Assembly (NCBI GenBank): GCA_043228905.1
Contig: JBHGNT010000009.1
Coordinates: forward strand, 3,596,001-3,660,000
Source: Azolla caroliniana
Lineage: Eukaryota; Plantae; Polypodiophyta
Reading direction: 5' to 3'
Length of the DNA stretch: 64,000 bases
The position numbers were made by a program, and so were the translations under genes. Positions within the stretch are counted from its first letter, which is position 1. Every line of letters begins with the position of its first letter. A model generated the notes under the pieces. It ran no database searches and was not told the origin of the DNA. It saw nothing but the letters and a program-made list of their open reading frames with translations. Of this stretch, positions 37,501 through 51,188 are shown piece after piece.

Positions 37501-39195
37501 TTGATATACATTCCACATAGACAGCCAACAAGCCATGAAGAAAAAATAAATGTGATGCTTAATCTAGATTTGTGTGAGAGTTTATAATTTCAAAAATACA
37601 TCGAGAATTTTCATCTTCACTATTTTTATTCCTCTTATTAGATTCATGTAACCCTAAAGAACAAATTGCGCTTTTTTTTGCAGGCAATTCTTGAATTTTT
37701 CAGTAAATTTACTGGAGCTATTGGCTCAGAGTTACAATTTGCAATTGATGAAATAAGCAAAAACGATCCTTTATGTATTGGTGTAACTTGGCATCTTGGT
37801 GCGTAGTCATAACCTTGATGTATATTTTATAGCACATTATCAAGTTGCCACTTAAGTATGCTATTATTCCCAAAAAACCACTCAACTTCAGGATATTTGC
37901 AAATGCCACACTTTTTGGAATTTTGTGAAGTTGGGGACTTGTGGCATGTTATAAATAATAAGGCATGGGCCTCATTTGTAGATAGTTAAGGCTTTTGCAG
38001 ATAATATGCTAGTATTTGAGTGAATTTCATATATGCCATATAGTCCAGGAAATGTTGAGCTAGGGGTGCTCACATAACAATCTTAACATGTAGACAATGA
38101 AGATAAATATCATATTGACGCCACTTAAGAGGGTAAAGTAGCCCAGGAATGATGGATAAGTGAGCTCATATAGCATCTTGGGTTCCAAGAATGAATCTAC
38201 ATAGAGTTCCTATATGGATCCTAAGTTTATGCTGGATATGAATGATATGGTTTCACTGTGTCACAGTGTTACAGTGCTATGTATCATTTAAGACCCCAAT
38301 GACTTCCTTATGATAGTCTCTTTGGGCATCAAAGTTACCTTTGCATCAGAACCATGATGACGATTAGTTGGTGGTTGATCAGAATTCTACAGACCATTGA
38401 TTCTGAATCATCCAAGTGCATCTGTATGCTGAATTTAGCTTTTATTATAGTTTTGAAGAATTGTTCTTGGCAATATTTCCATGCTGATGTGTCAAATTTG
38501 TAGAGTGGAAGGGGAAGCCGTTCCCATTCAGCAAAGGATGTAGTTTTTACCGCCTTACAACCTCTAATGGAAAGCAACAAATAGTGTAAGAAGAAATTGA
38601 TATAGTTCGTTTTTGGCTGTTTTTTAAAATGAATTTTCTTCCCTTGAAAAACAGTGTGAATTGTGTGAATGTTGAGATCAAGTTTGCTTGGAGACCACCT
38701 AATGTGATTATTCAGACATGTAGATATATAATATTCATACTTACAAGTTCTAAACGTTTCTTGTGAAGTTAATCTTATTTAAAGGGAGTTATCTAGTTTG
38801 TAAGTTTGGCCTCACTTATTTGCATGCATGTACACTTAATTTTATAAACCCAGATGATTTTGGGATCTTATAAAAGAATATATGGGTTCTTTTCCTCTGG
38901 AAGAATTAGTTCTGCACTATGAGGAATAAATAGATAGTTAAACATTTTCTAGTAGATTCACATTTATTTGTGAATTATTTTGGAAATGCAGCTATGGAAG
39001 GGATAGTGTGGAGCCAACAATTAAGCCAGGCAATGCTGCTTTGGTATGTAGTGAGTATTAATGAGTTTTAAACTTTTTATTTTATCTCAGGTATCTTATT
39101 GTATAATATCCTCATTTTTTGAGGTTGAACAGGTTGCCATTGAAGCTATAGGTGCACTTTTTAAGATATTCCCGGGATTGGTGGACCGTTTCTGA
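34572..39195 (+). CDS. NTF2/SnoaL-like domain protein with probable transit peptide, about 233 aa
   Basis: Exons 34572-34961, 37684-37798, 38504-38585, 38992-39043, 39133-39195, GT-AG and in phase. Motifs EFYAGINRRDL, DCVYEDLIFPQPFVGR, GVTWHLEWKGKPFPFSKGCSFY, YGRDSVEP. Confidence 0.92.
35124..35353. repeat. Intronic tandem repeat, 79-bp unit x about 2.9
   Basis: ACTATTTATTTTC...CTTGCATATTGCAAATG starts at 35124, 35203 and 35282. Confidence 0.9.
36561..36976. repeat. About 210-bp direct duplication within a probable LTR-like insertion (about 36190-37220) in NTF2 intron 1
   Basis: GCTCTAA..AGACTATGTGAAAGGAGAAAACCCAAGAAGG at 36561 and 36772, both copies ending TATTCCGGTGC. LTR identity is inferred only; no TSD was found. 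Confidence 0.7.
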
Positions 39196-40459
39196 GGTTG
39201 AGAAGACTTGTTGAGGGAATCCAGTTAAATTTTTCATTTTGATGTTTCGATGCTGGCATGAATGGAAAAAAAGATTGAAATCCAGATTGAATAATTTAAA
39301 GCTGTATATATAGATTGAAGCGCTACTACACCATGTTTGGCCAGGGCACGTGTTGCTACATGAACATATTATGTTCGAAAGAAACATTGAAATGCCTTTG
39401 TAAAGAAGGAAAACTCTTTCAGACCATTGAATCAGAGATTCAAACATTTGTACCAATCTACTATGTTTTAAACAGTTTGTTACCCACCTAGTGCCGTCCT
39501 ATCAAGTACACCAATCTGACGACATTTGCAGGCAGTTGAATCCAAGCATTTGCAGACCATTGTCTTCCTATTAGAGAATTTCAAAGATTTTAATTGTTAT
39601 AATGAATTGATGAATCAAAATTTCTCTATAGGTCATTGTAATGAACTGTTTATTATCACCACTCATGCAATTCCCTTGATTTGGGCCAGCAAATTAAGAT
39701 TCTAATTCAAGATGGAAAATAGATAATATAACTTTTTTCCCTCAATTAGGACATGATTGTTTTCCCTTTGGAAGCATAATCAATAGATTAGTCCTAATCT
39801 GAACAACTAGGGCAAGGTCATTGTCTAATTAAAGAGTAGCTAGAAATGAAGCTTATAATTGTCAAAATATTTTCCTAATGATTGTAAATAATCTTGTTAA
39901 TGTAACACAAATATTTGAAGGTTTAATCTTAATTTCTATGGGATACGAGCATCAACTCTACCAAACTTTGTCAATTGGTTGCTCACAATGTGTGTTTGCT
40001 AAGTTATCATCTCTAATAAAAATGTTTGATGAGGCCTAGGGACAATCAAAGTTGTAGTCCAAATGTCAAAGATATTGAAAGTTTATAACATCCTCTTGAA
40101 CTCTTTTACTACTAAGATTATGCATGTGAGCTCACCCATTCAGGATGATGATCCAACATTTATAAAGGAGTTGGGGACTTGCTTTAATCCTATTCAGAAT
40201 CATTGTGAATTGAACAATTGTGCCACTAGCTTTGTGGCAATTTTTTTTTAGGAATTCACTAAAATTAGATTCAACAAGTAACTTTATTCAAGATACAATG
40301 TCAACAAGTGACCTTATTCAAGATACAAATGATTGTGAATTGAACAATTGTGTCACTAGCTTTGCGACATTTTTTTCATAGGAATTCACTAAAACTAGGT
40401 ATATACCAACATTGCTCAACAAGTGACTTTATTCAAGATACAAATGATCTAGGTTAGGC

Positions 40460-40912
40460 TACAGTGGTTCGAGACATACTCATGTGGTTACAAGGATTCA
40501 AACCCCATGTCATTCCTCCTTATTATGTCTCTCATGTGGTTACAAGGATTCAAACCCCATGTCATTCCTCCTTATTGTTCGGTCTTGGTCACATTTGAAC
40601 TCCCAATAGAGAGGATACAATGGATCGAGACATGCTCATGTGGTGTACAAGGATTCAAACCCCATGTCATTCCTCTTCATTGTTGGGTCTTGGTCACATT
40701 TGAACTCGCAATAGAGAGGATACAATGGTTCGAGACATGCTCATGTGGTGTACAAGGATTCAAATCCCATGTCATTCCTCCCCATTGTTCCGTCTTGGTC
40801 ACATTTGAACTCGCAATAGAGAGGATACAATCTAGGTTCGAGACATGCTCATGTGGTTACAAGGAGCAATTCAAACCCCATGTAATGTTTGGTCTTAAGT
40901 CACATTTGAATT
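40460..40912 (+). repeat. Tandem array of about 105-bp units containing B-box-like GGATTCAAACCCC
   Basis: Unit ...CAATGGTTCGAGACATGCTCATGTGGTGTACAAGGATTCAAACCCCATGTCATTCCTC...GTCACATTTGAACTC repeated about 4 times. Confidence 0.85.
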
Positions 40913-42141
40913 GGCAACCTTCAGAACAAATTCATTAAACAGTTGAGCTAACCAAATAGTTTGGCTAATACACTCCTGTAATAATCTCTATAGGTAATGT
41001 TATGTTATGTACTATGTATGTATATAGGCTAGGGTGGCATAAAATCAAATGATGATGGTGATGAATGCGTAATAATATGGCCGGCCATCGCCATCACCAC
41101 CACCACCACCATTCGGAATGATTGGATGGATGGATCATTCATGGCGATGTGGGCCTCTCACTCACTGCTACTGCAGGCGCTGAAATAACTGCTTCCCCCC
41201 CCCCCCCAAATTCCTTCTTCGACCTCCTCCTCGCCTGCCTGCCATTGTTCACCTTATCTGCGTAATCCCCATCCATCCACTCCCCAGGTATCATTGCGCT
41301 TTGCATCCAGCGATTTTTTTAGATTAGTTTCTTTTTTCTTTTGAATTTCTTTGATAGAGCGAGCGTATGCTCTCACATCATCTGCGTAATCCCCAACCAT
41401 CCACTCCCCAGGTATCATTGCGCTTTCCATCCAGCGGTTTTTTAGTTTAGTTTCTTTTTTCTTTTGAATTTCTTTGATAGAGCGAGCGTGTATGCCTTAG
41501 TCGATCGGCTGTCGTTCGATGCTTTCCACAGAAGTTGATCCTTTCCACAGAAGAAAATCTTGCCAGATTTGTATAACCCAGAGCTGCTATATCCAGCCTT
41601 CATTTTGTTTTGTTATTGACTGGAAGCGCTTGATACGGTCATAAGACATGGTTTTGTAGCGATTATCACTCTTAACCTCATGTACTTAGTTTTCTTCTTC
41701 TTTCCTAGTATTGACATGTTCTCTCTCAGTAGCATGTTCTTAAGGAGGTTTTGGATATACCCTCATCTTTCTTTCTGTACCGAAATTACATGCTCTTTCC
41801 ATGTGGAAGTCTTGTCATTTCTCTTCGCTAATGGTCTGTTTTCATCCCCAGACATATGTATCCTTTGTACTCTCTTACATCAGTTCCTCATACTTCCACT
41901 AAATAATCTTGCATGCACTTAGGAAGAACCACGAGCTTTCATCGGCAGGAAGCGTTTGATCTCGCAGTTTCCTGTTTGCTAATTCTATTTTGTTTTTGAT
42001 AACATAGCCTTTAATTCTCATGCGCAAATTGATGTCTTCGACAGGTATCTCGAGTTTTGCTCATCACAGACAAAATAACTAACGGTGGTAAATTAAAGTT
42101 TTGCTACATCTCATTCAGTAGCATACCTTCTCTACGCTTTC

Positions 42142-43970
42142 ATGGCTACCCAGAATACTTCGACCAAGCTCAGAAAGCCAGTGTTTGTGAAAGTTGAGCA
42201 GTTGCAACCTGGCACATCTGGTCACACACTTGTCGTAAAGGTCGTGAGTTCAAATCCTATTACACAAAGAAAAAGGAATGATGTAAATTACGCCAGGAGT
42301 GCGCGTATTGCAGAGTGTTTGGTTGGGGATGAAACGGGGGCTATTATATTCACGGCTCGAAATCAACAAGGTAATGCTTTTAGTTCGCCGCTTCTAACGA
42401 ACCAAGTGCATGAATTTTAATTTCACATCGGCATTGGAATACAACTTCCGTTGTGTGAATGTAGTGTCTTCCTCATGGAAAGGTTTGTGAGCTTAAGAGT
42501 AGGATCGCCTATGAGAATTATTATTATAAATGTCGAGATGATCTATACCGGTATTGTGAAATCTTGAGAAAACCCTTTCTGGTTTCGGCACTCGCTGTTG
42601 CATCGTGTGTGAAATCCAGAATTGTCTTAAAGAACAAACAAATCTTGGGAGGAATCGTTGTGCAAATGTGATAAATTATGTAACTGGGAAGGAAATTTGT
42701 CGGAATTGTTCGTCAAAATGATCTATAATTAGTAAGGAAACTTTAACTGTTTGACTGAAGTTAGAGATTGTTCTTTCTTTGGTTTATTTCTAGTAAATCA
42801 TAAGTCTCGGAATTATTGTGCGAGTGCTAAGCACAGATAGATCATTATCTGTGGCTAACACTGTAACTTGAAGAGAGCCTGCTATTGTTTGCCTGGTGTT
42901 GACACATGATTTTGCACCAATGTGTGAAGGTTTATTATGTAACTGATGGTAATGTTTGCTATTCTTTCTGTGTATGAAAGCAAAAAGAATACAGAGCCTT
43001 TTGTTGTATAAGTCTATAAATGCTAAAAGGTATGAGGAAGGCCTTGTGTCACCGTAATGTTTAAATTGATGTGGATTCTTGCTGTTGCGTTAAAGAATGG
43101 CTGTTGAAACAATCTTCAAACTATGGAAGTTTGAAGAAGCTAGTGAGAAATGGTTGTTGATTGAAATTGCAAAATGACTGTTATTTTATAAGAATGACCG
43201 TTTGCTGTTGTGTCTGTCTATCAATGTGAAAGCAATATGAGGAAGACCTTGTGCTGCATTATTGTTCAAATTGATGTTAATGCCTGCTACGGCGTCAACA
43301 TATGACAGCTTAAATAATCTTTAAACTACTGAAGAAACTAGTGAGGATTTGTTGTTTATTGATATCTCAAAATGATCTGTAATATATAAGAATGCCTGAA
43401 GGAATTCTCCATGAATTCTGAATTCTGATTTGTAATGTTGAGATTGGAAAGCTAGAATGTATAAGTTTACCACAGCTACTAAATTCTGGCATTTTTTTTA
43501 TCATTGCTAGAGGATAGGTTGAAACCTACGATTACTATCATACTGAAATTTCCATATCGGTATGATTGTAGCAGTATTTGTGAATTAATGATGATTGTCA
43601 GTCAAGTAATCTCTTATAATTAGTGTTACAGTGTTGTTGGTTTATGGATGATATGTTTACATGTGCACTCACATTACATGTATGCATGTTATGTTTGGAC
43701 TATTGTTACAATGTGTAAAACAGCTGCGATCTCTTAACAAACTTCTGTAAGATTGCCTCTTTGCTAGTGGATATGATGAAGACTGGGGTGACGGTTATTC
43801 TTCGAAATGCTAAAATTGATATGTTCAAGGGATGCATGCGTCTGGCGGTGGACAAATGGGGACGAGTGGAAGAAACAGAATCGGCTACTTTTGCTGTGAA
43901 AAATGAGGATGCTAGTAATCTCTCCTTGGTTGAATATGAGTTGGTCAGTGTTGTGGATGTCCATCGCTGA
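42142..43970 (+). CDS. OB-fold nucleic-acid-binding protein (At4g28440-like family), 143 aa
   Basis: Exons 42142-42370 and 43768-43970. Motifs LRKPVFVKVEQLQPGTSGHTLVVKV, IAECLVGDETG, LRNAKIDMFKGCMRLAVDKWGRVE, NLSLVEYELV. A 5'UTR intron probably ends at about 42045. Confidence 0.93.
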
Positions 43971-45443
43971 ATTCCATAGCACAAGAAAATAGGATTTTTG
44001 GTAAATTTTATGCTCTTTATTATTCTATCCTGTTTTCCTTCCAATTCTTTCTGTATGATTAGATTTTAGAGCAACCGTTTGTAGTTAAAAACCATTGATT
44101 TTATTGTGCGACAGGCGGTTCTCTCCTCAAGAGAAGGAGAAATATTACCGACAAATGAACTTCTTTTTGTGAGTAAAGTGTCTTCACACTCAACTGCGAC
44201 CAAGAACTGTGGTCTTCATGCTGTGTATATCTTGCAAAACTGTGCAGAAATCAAAATCAGTCCTGGCGAAAGGTCAGCACCTTAGTAGATTATTGGAAAT
44301 TTTGGAGAAAGTGTCGATCATAGCTCTAAATCACGTCGAAGAGGCTCTGCTGACAAACTTTAGCACTATGCGTTGCTATAGACATAGCTCTCGTTATGCT
44401 GTATAGATAGATGTGCATATACCTCTGCCTCAAGGGATTGACTGGTTTTTTGGCCTAGCTATATCTATCTATGTACGTGTAATCCGAGTTCTTGGAATTG
44501 AGGGATTTATTTGTTTCGCTATATCTATTATGCAAAACGTTTGAGCAGAGAGTTCTCATTTTACTCTCAAACTTCTGTTAAAGCTATCAAGGAAGTTCTC
44601 ATCATACAATAATTACTCTCAAACTTCTGTTAAAGCCATCAAGTTCTTGCGTAGAGTTTGATACAACTTGATTTTTTCCTTTTCTTCTAACAAACTTTAA
44701 GAAAATGTCACGTTTTTGAAGGTATCAGCGTAACAGAACGGTAGTTCAGCCGTTCAGCTGGATCCTTTTGTTAGAGTAAATGTGAATAGTTGAAGAAAAA
44801 GAAAATTCAAGTGAACGAAATGCCAATAACGCATTATTACTTCATCCTTTCCCTCAACAGTCATTTCACTAATATGGTTGTGTTGATTCAAATGAAGAGT
44901 AGATGGAGGTATACATTTGAAATAGAAATCTAGTAACAGGATCACTGCTGAGTATAGTAATGGAAGTATGCACATTTTGCGTGCACAAAATGGAATAATC
45001 TTGCTTATTTGCACAATCTCTTACCCTCTATGTGGATAATCATGAATCCCCAATTTTTTCAACTTGGTCTATATATGTTCACTAATGATAGAAGAATAAA
45101 ACATTAAGAATTGACACCTACAATGTTGATTTTCATTACAATATGTTGATGATAAATCTGCAAGGTCCAATCAAATGTGATGTGTCAGCATCTGCATGTT
45201 AGTGGAGATGGCTAGTGAGGTGGTGAAGTTAAGAAGAATAAGTTTAAATAACTATGTATACAATTTTTTTAAAATAGCGACTTTAACAACATTGCTGGTA
45301 AAATGTTCTTTGGTTTGTGACTATGGTAGCATCATTCTCAATTCATCTAAGGTTATGCTCGGTACAATCAATGAGCGTTGAAATGGGAGCTACTGATGCA
45401 GCAACTGTGGATCGCATTCATTACCATCAGAAGGAATCACAGT

Positions 45444-47820
45444 TCAGTGCTGCTCACTCTTAAGGAAAATATCATCATGCTCTTCAACAATATGTCCATC
45501 AGCCTTCTGATCACACTTTATCTCAGTTTGATTCTTAGCTCCACAGCCTCCACCAAAGTTTTCTAACTTCTCATTTTGTACACTGAAACATTGGTCAGTA
45601 TCAAGCCTTCCAGATACATTGATGTCATGCCAAACCTCTTTTTTACCAAGAGTCTTAGTAGAGTCAATATTCACAGACTTTATTTCATCTATTGATTTGC
45701 CAAACTCGATTTCTTTAGTAACATTAGCCTCATTTAAAATCCATTCAGAGTGTCTGAAATTTGTTGCTGTCTCAGAAACAATTCTATCATGATTTTGAGT
45801 TTCAGAAGTCATAGCCTTTTCTTCAGTATTGTGCGGTTCAGTCATCTTCTGATCAGATTCAAGGTCATTATCAGTTCGCACCAGATCACTTTGAGACTCA
45901 TGACACAATTTAGAAGATTCGAATTCTTTTTCAATCTTCTGACACTGAACCAAATTGACGATCTTTTGAGATTCAAGTCCATCAGCAATCAAGGGTTCAG
46001 AGCCAAGTTCATTAGTATTCATGGCATGAGAAATTGCCTGACCAGGTGCAATAATGCCACTATCATCAATAGATTTGTCAGACCCATCATATATTGGCTT
46101 CTCACCTGAATCTTTCTTATAAGCTCCTAGCATATTAAGACAGTCTGATCCAGAAAGAGTGACACTCTGTTCTGTCTCGGAGAAATAGCTAGTATTAACG
46201 TATTCAGCATGCTGGATGTTTTTCATCACATCATTAACAGCAATATCTTCAGCATACTCTGTCATGTGATACTCTACAGGAGGTGAGACACCTTTTACAT
46301 TCCCATTTTCAACATTGGATAACTGAATAGAAGCTTCTGTAAACATGTGCTTCATCCCCAGATGAATAGCAGAGATATCATCAGCATATGCTTCGGGATG
46401 ATCTTCTACAAGAGGAGGAACATCTTTCACATCCTCTTGTTTAACATCAAAATGGAATTCTGATGACACTTCAATAAACTTTGGGTCTGAGCCATTTGGT
46501 TCAGAAGGTTGAACAAATGAAGAAACGATGGTTTCAGAAACTTTTCTTGGTTTGGACTCAGTGACGGATATGGGCAGCTGCTCAGAGGTAACAGCTTGGA
46601 ACATTTTATCCTTCTCTGGATTATTAAAAATATTCCCCGTATCTATTGTTACGCGTGGAACATTCATGATACTTGTAAATTGGTCTGGTGTATCTTTCTT
46701 GGGCTCAGAGATAGTATGTGGGTGTGTCTTAAGGTTCTTTTGGTCATCAGAAGCCTCCTCCATATCTGTGTTTTCACTTTGAACATCTCCAAGCTGCTCT
46801 CTCTTGGGCTCGACTGTTGCGACCTTCTCAGGGTTCTCCATATCTGTCTTTACCATTGAAACATGTTGTATTTTCTCCTTTTCTGACTCATAGATAGTAC
46901 CTTGGAGTGTTCTAAACTTCTCTGGATTGTGATCAGCCTCCTCCATCACTGTGTTACTATTTGAAAATTGCTCTGGTTTCTCTTTTTCTTCTTCTTTCAA
47001 GGATTTGAGTCCTTTGATATCGAGATTATTGAATTCTTGAACATCTTTCCAGTCAAGTGGATGTTGCATTAATTGTTGCAGAGTTCCCACATTGCTGATG
47101 ATTTCACGCTCTTCTCTTGCATGCTACAGAAACAAAGTAAATGTAGTTATAAAGACACAAACATCCTCAAGCTAAATTAATTAGAGAGAGCATGAAAGTT
47201 GAGTGTGTGCTCAGGCATATGCAAACGTTGAGGAAAAGTCTGGGCTTCTAACTTGAGGGTTACAGTTTAGAATGGACATAAAAACATACAAACATTAACG
47301 AAGAACTGAAGTTTTAAAGGTGGTTCTGCAAAATTCAATGAGAAGGTACAGTTTTTTAAAGCACCTGCATTTGCAAGTAACTCGCCTTGCATTTTAGGGA
47401 AGACTTTTAGTGTGTACTTCAGCAAAATGAAGAAACTGACGGAAAGCGAAGGTTTTACATTTAGGATTAGGGTTTTTAATGTAAGCACACCCAAGAATGA
47501 ATGAAAACACCAAGGTTTTCTATTAAGGGTTAGGGTTTACAGTCTGTTTAAATTTTAGTTGTTTTGTGGGCGCGTATGCATGTGTTTGTGTGTGTGAGAG
47601 AGAGATTGCAAACCTGAACAAATAAGCTTTTCAGACTCCTGCTTCTATTTTGTTTCATCTTGTTCTTGTCAGAGAAGGCTACTTCAGCCTTGCCTTCAGC
47701 TCCTTTTTCTTCTTCACCATAATCGTCATCACCACCTTCTTCTTCTTCTGGCTTAGAGATGGGTGGTGGCTCCTTGTGATCATGCTCATTTGTCAGAGGC
47801 TTACTAGAACACCCACCCAT
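45444..47820 (-). CDS. Uncharacterised acidic, disordered protein with N-myristoylation/S-acylation motif, about 628 aa
   Basis: Exon1 47820-47614 (MGGCSSKP...RSRSLKSLFVQ) splices in frame to exon2 47123-45444; E/D/K/S-rich with internal repeats. Confidence 0.8.
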
Positions 47821-50800
47821 GCTTCCTCAGCTAGATAAACAAAATGCTCCACTAATCAAATTACCCTAAAGCTCTTAATATCGAATCTAAACTCTGTGTT
47901 TTCTTTTCCTCTTCACAAGACCCAATGATACAAAGAGAAATGCAAAAAACAAACAAACTACAAATCTCTGCTTTTGATGCTTTTGCCTTCCTCTTCTACT
48001 CTTTTTCTTTGCCTCGTCAAGCATATATGTATATATTAATATGTGTGTGTAATACATATATGGAAAATGAAATAGGGGTTTTGGAACCTTTCATTTTCTT
48101 TCTTTGTGTGGGAAAAGGAAGGAAACAAAATAGAATAGCAATGGGGGTCACAAAAGGGCAAAGTGGTGGTCACTCATTCATTCCCTTTGACACTTGTAAG
48201 AGTACAATGTTCTTTGTTTAGTATATGTCTCTCTCAAGCCAAGAAAACCTCAAGAAGATACATGTGATTGGATTCCAAATGTCACATCATTTTGACACAC
48301 GATTTGTAGTAGTGTGCACTCTTTGCTCTCTGCACACACCCCATTTTCCATTCCCCTATAGTTGAGTATCTGTGTTGGTTTTCGAGATCCACGAGAGAAC
48401 CACGCGTTCCGAAATGCTCTGGAGCCTATCTCGTGGATCAATTGTAAAATTGATGTATTACTTCAATTTTTGCAACATGGCTTTTGTTTAGGCATATGGC
48501 TGACCCATACACAAGTTGCATATTTTTAATCAACAAAGCCATGTGCATGTGGCACAAAGCAAACCCACAAACTACGTAAACTATATATGCAACTACATAT
48601 GTCTTTAGTTTAATCAATCATTTTGAATGTTTCTTGAAGGCTAAGGGTGGGTTGAATTATCCAGGCATTTTCTTCTAGCTTCAAAGAAAACATCCTAGCT
48701 TTGGAAGCTTCCATGAGACCACGTCTATAACATCAACTCCAAATAGGGATAATATAAACGAGAAAGAAAAACATTTTTTAATTTTTATTAGGAAATGAGT
48801 AATTGATAATTCAGCTTCTTTATTGTAGACTATATGGAACCAAAGTAGACCAAACACCTAACATGGACCATTGACGATTACAAAATCATGTATATGGAGT
48901 GACTATATTCACTTCTTGTAAATGGTCTTAATATTCACAAGTTACTTTAGCATGGAAAGATAAGGGACGAAGAGCATTGGTATCACACCAAGATTAATTT
49001 CGACATGCCCTTGAATTGTCAATTGTGAAAGGACATATGTACTTTGTATGTTAACCATGTCCATACAACATAATTCAACACATACTCTTCTTATGTTTTA
49101 TTTGACAAATCACAAATCATACAGAAAGAATCATAAGGCTCCTCGTGCATGGGATCATTGACCCCCCCCCGCCCCACCCCCCCCCCCCCAAAAAAAAAAA
49201 AACTAAATTGTCTCAATAGGTTTAATACTCTATTCTTGGACAAGTCGAAGAACTAGGCCACATTTGGAATTCTTAGAGAACTTTTGTATAGGCCAATACA
49301 ATGCCTAGAGTGTAGCGAAATAATAGAAGTGCACAAATTCTATGTTTAAAAGAAACAAAGAGGGGCAAAAACATGAGAGAAAGTGTCAGCCATGCGAGAA
49401 TGTGAATGAAAATCAAATTGTGTGTCAATGCTATATGTAAGAGATTGAAAATTAGAATGCTTATGATTTATATGTAAGTGGAAGAAATGATGATAGAAAG
49501 AAAGATGCATTAAGATCTCTTACGTAAATACCAAAAGTAGCCATGGAGAAGATATGGCAGTTGGATGTTTGTGTCATACATAACAATAATGAAATGTAAG
49601 GGGTTTCCTTTAAGCATCATTAAATCTTGCATGGTTGACGAGAGGAAAGGGGCGGGATAGTGGCGAGTGGTCGACATTTCTATAAAATCAAATTGCTCTT
49701 AAGCTCGTTTTATCCTCTTTGTGATTGTGATTAAACCACCAAATTAAGATTTTACTTTAATATATCATTTTTGAACAACATTGAAAGGGATAAGTGTGCC
49801 AAAATTTTCTTGTAAAAATCTATTGCACATTTGTAACATAACGTTACCACAAACTTTTACATTATTAATGGCATGTATATTGTAATAAATGGTTCAATGA
49901 TCCAAGAGATATGTGCAATGTAGATTTTGACACATGCATACTTCATTCAAATTGATGTGCTACTCAATGCTCATGTGGATGATTTAATTTATCTTAGGTA
50001 CATGACAATAAATTATGTCCCACAATTCACCCTTCGCCCAATGGAGGTGCTAAAATATGTAGCAATTTTGTACACTATCTTTGTGGTTTCTCAAATGAAC
50101 TTGAACTTGTCATTGTATCTTGAGTATTGACTTATGATGTAGGAGACATCCTCTTTTTATGAAAATGCAAAAGTGATTGTTTTTAAAGTGTTGTATGAAT
50201 CAAATCTTAACCCTTCAATCATCCAATGTTATTTTTGAGAATATTGGAAGTTAAGATAGAGCACTATATTTTGTATGTCACCTTTAAGCATGACCTAAAT
50301 GATGGTCTTATATAATCTATAAAATAGTTTGATTGTAAAAGAAAAATATTTATACGCAATGATTCTTTGATAGAACCTTCTATGTACTTGCTCTGTAGCT
50401 TGTTAAAAAATGATTTTGTTACGATATTCTGGTTCTTCCTTAAGAAACCTTGTGATTAGACCCTCATGCAATGTTTTCGATAGATTCGAGTTTTGCTTCA
50501 TTGATGAAAGGAAATAAATAATGGTCTAGTAAGAAGTTTGACATAATGGATATCGCGTTCATGTTTGGAGGAGCACGAGGCAAAATAAAATATTTATATA
50601 CAATGATTCTTTCAGAAGACCTTCTACTTCCTATGTACCTTGATAAAAAATGATATGGAAAATGATTCTTTTTCATTATGGATATCGCCTTCATGTTTGG
50701 AGGAGCACGAGGCAAAATAAAATATTAATATGCAATGATTCTTGCAGAAGACCTTCTACTTGCCACGATAAAAAATGATTCTTTTTCTAAAGGTCATGAA

Positions 50801-51188
50801 CATTGACTGATACACATCCGAAATAGTATTTTCTTCCTTGTGAAATCTTGTTTGTGTGTCTGTCCTTGCAATGTTTCATAATAGAATTCTAAGTGCGGTC
50901 TATCGATGAAAGAAATTAAGTAATGATTGAATAAGAAGTTTTGTATGTAGGATATCCCTTCAATGTCTAGCCTCGCATTTTGTGCATAAAGGGACGCCCG
51001 CGATCTCATAAAACTTTCTAATTGGAAGAACAATCACAATTTGTTTTGTATAGTTGTTTATGTAAGGAGACAACGAACACCATATTACAACATGTAAAAA
51101 TTCATGTTGGTAGAAGAAAAATCTTCACAAATAAATATATTTAAATTGTTTGGTCATTGTATTCTAGATGTAAACGTGTACTTTTGGA

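Noticed and set aside
40507-40938. 143-aa repetitive ORF
   Set aside because: By-product of a 105-bp tandem repeat with no protein-family signal.
48386-48440. 11-bp perfect inverted repeat GATCCACGAGA/TCTCGTGGATC
   Set aside because: Isolated, with no TSD or second copy; too little support to call.
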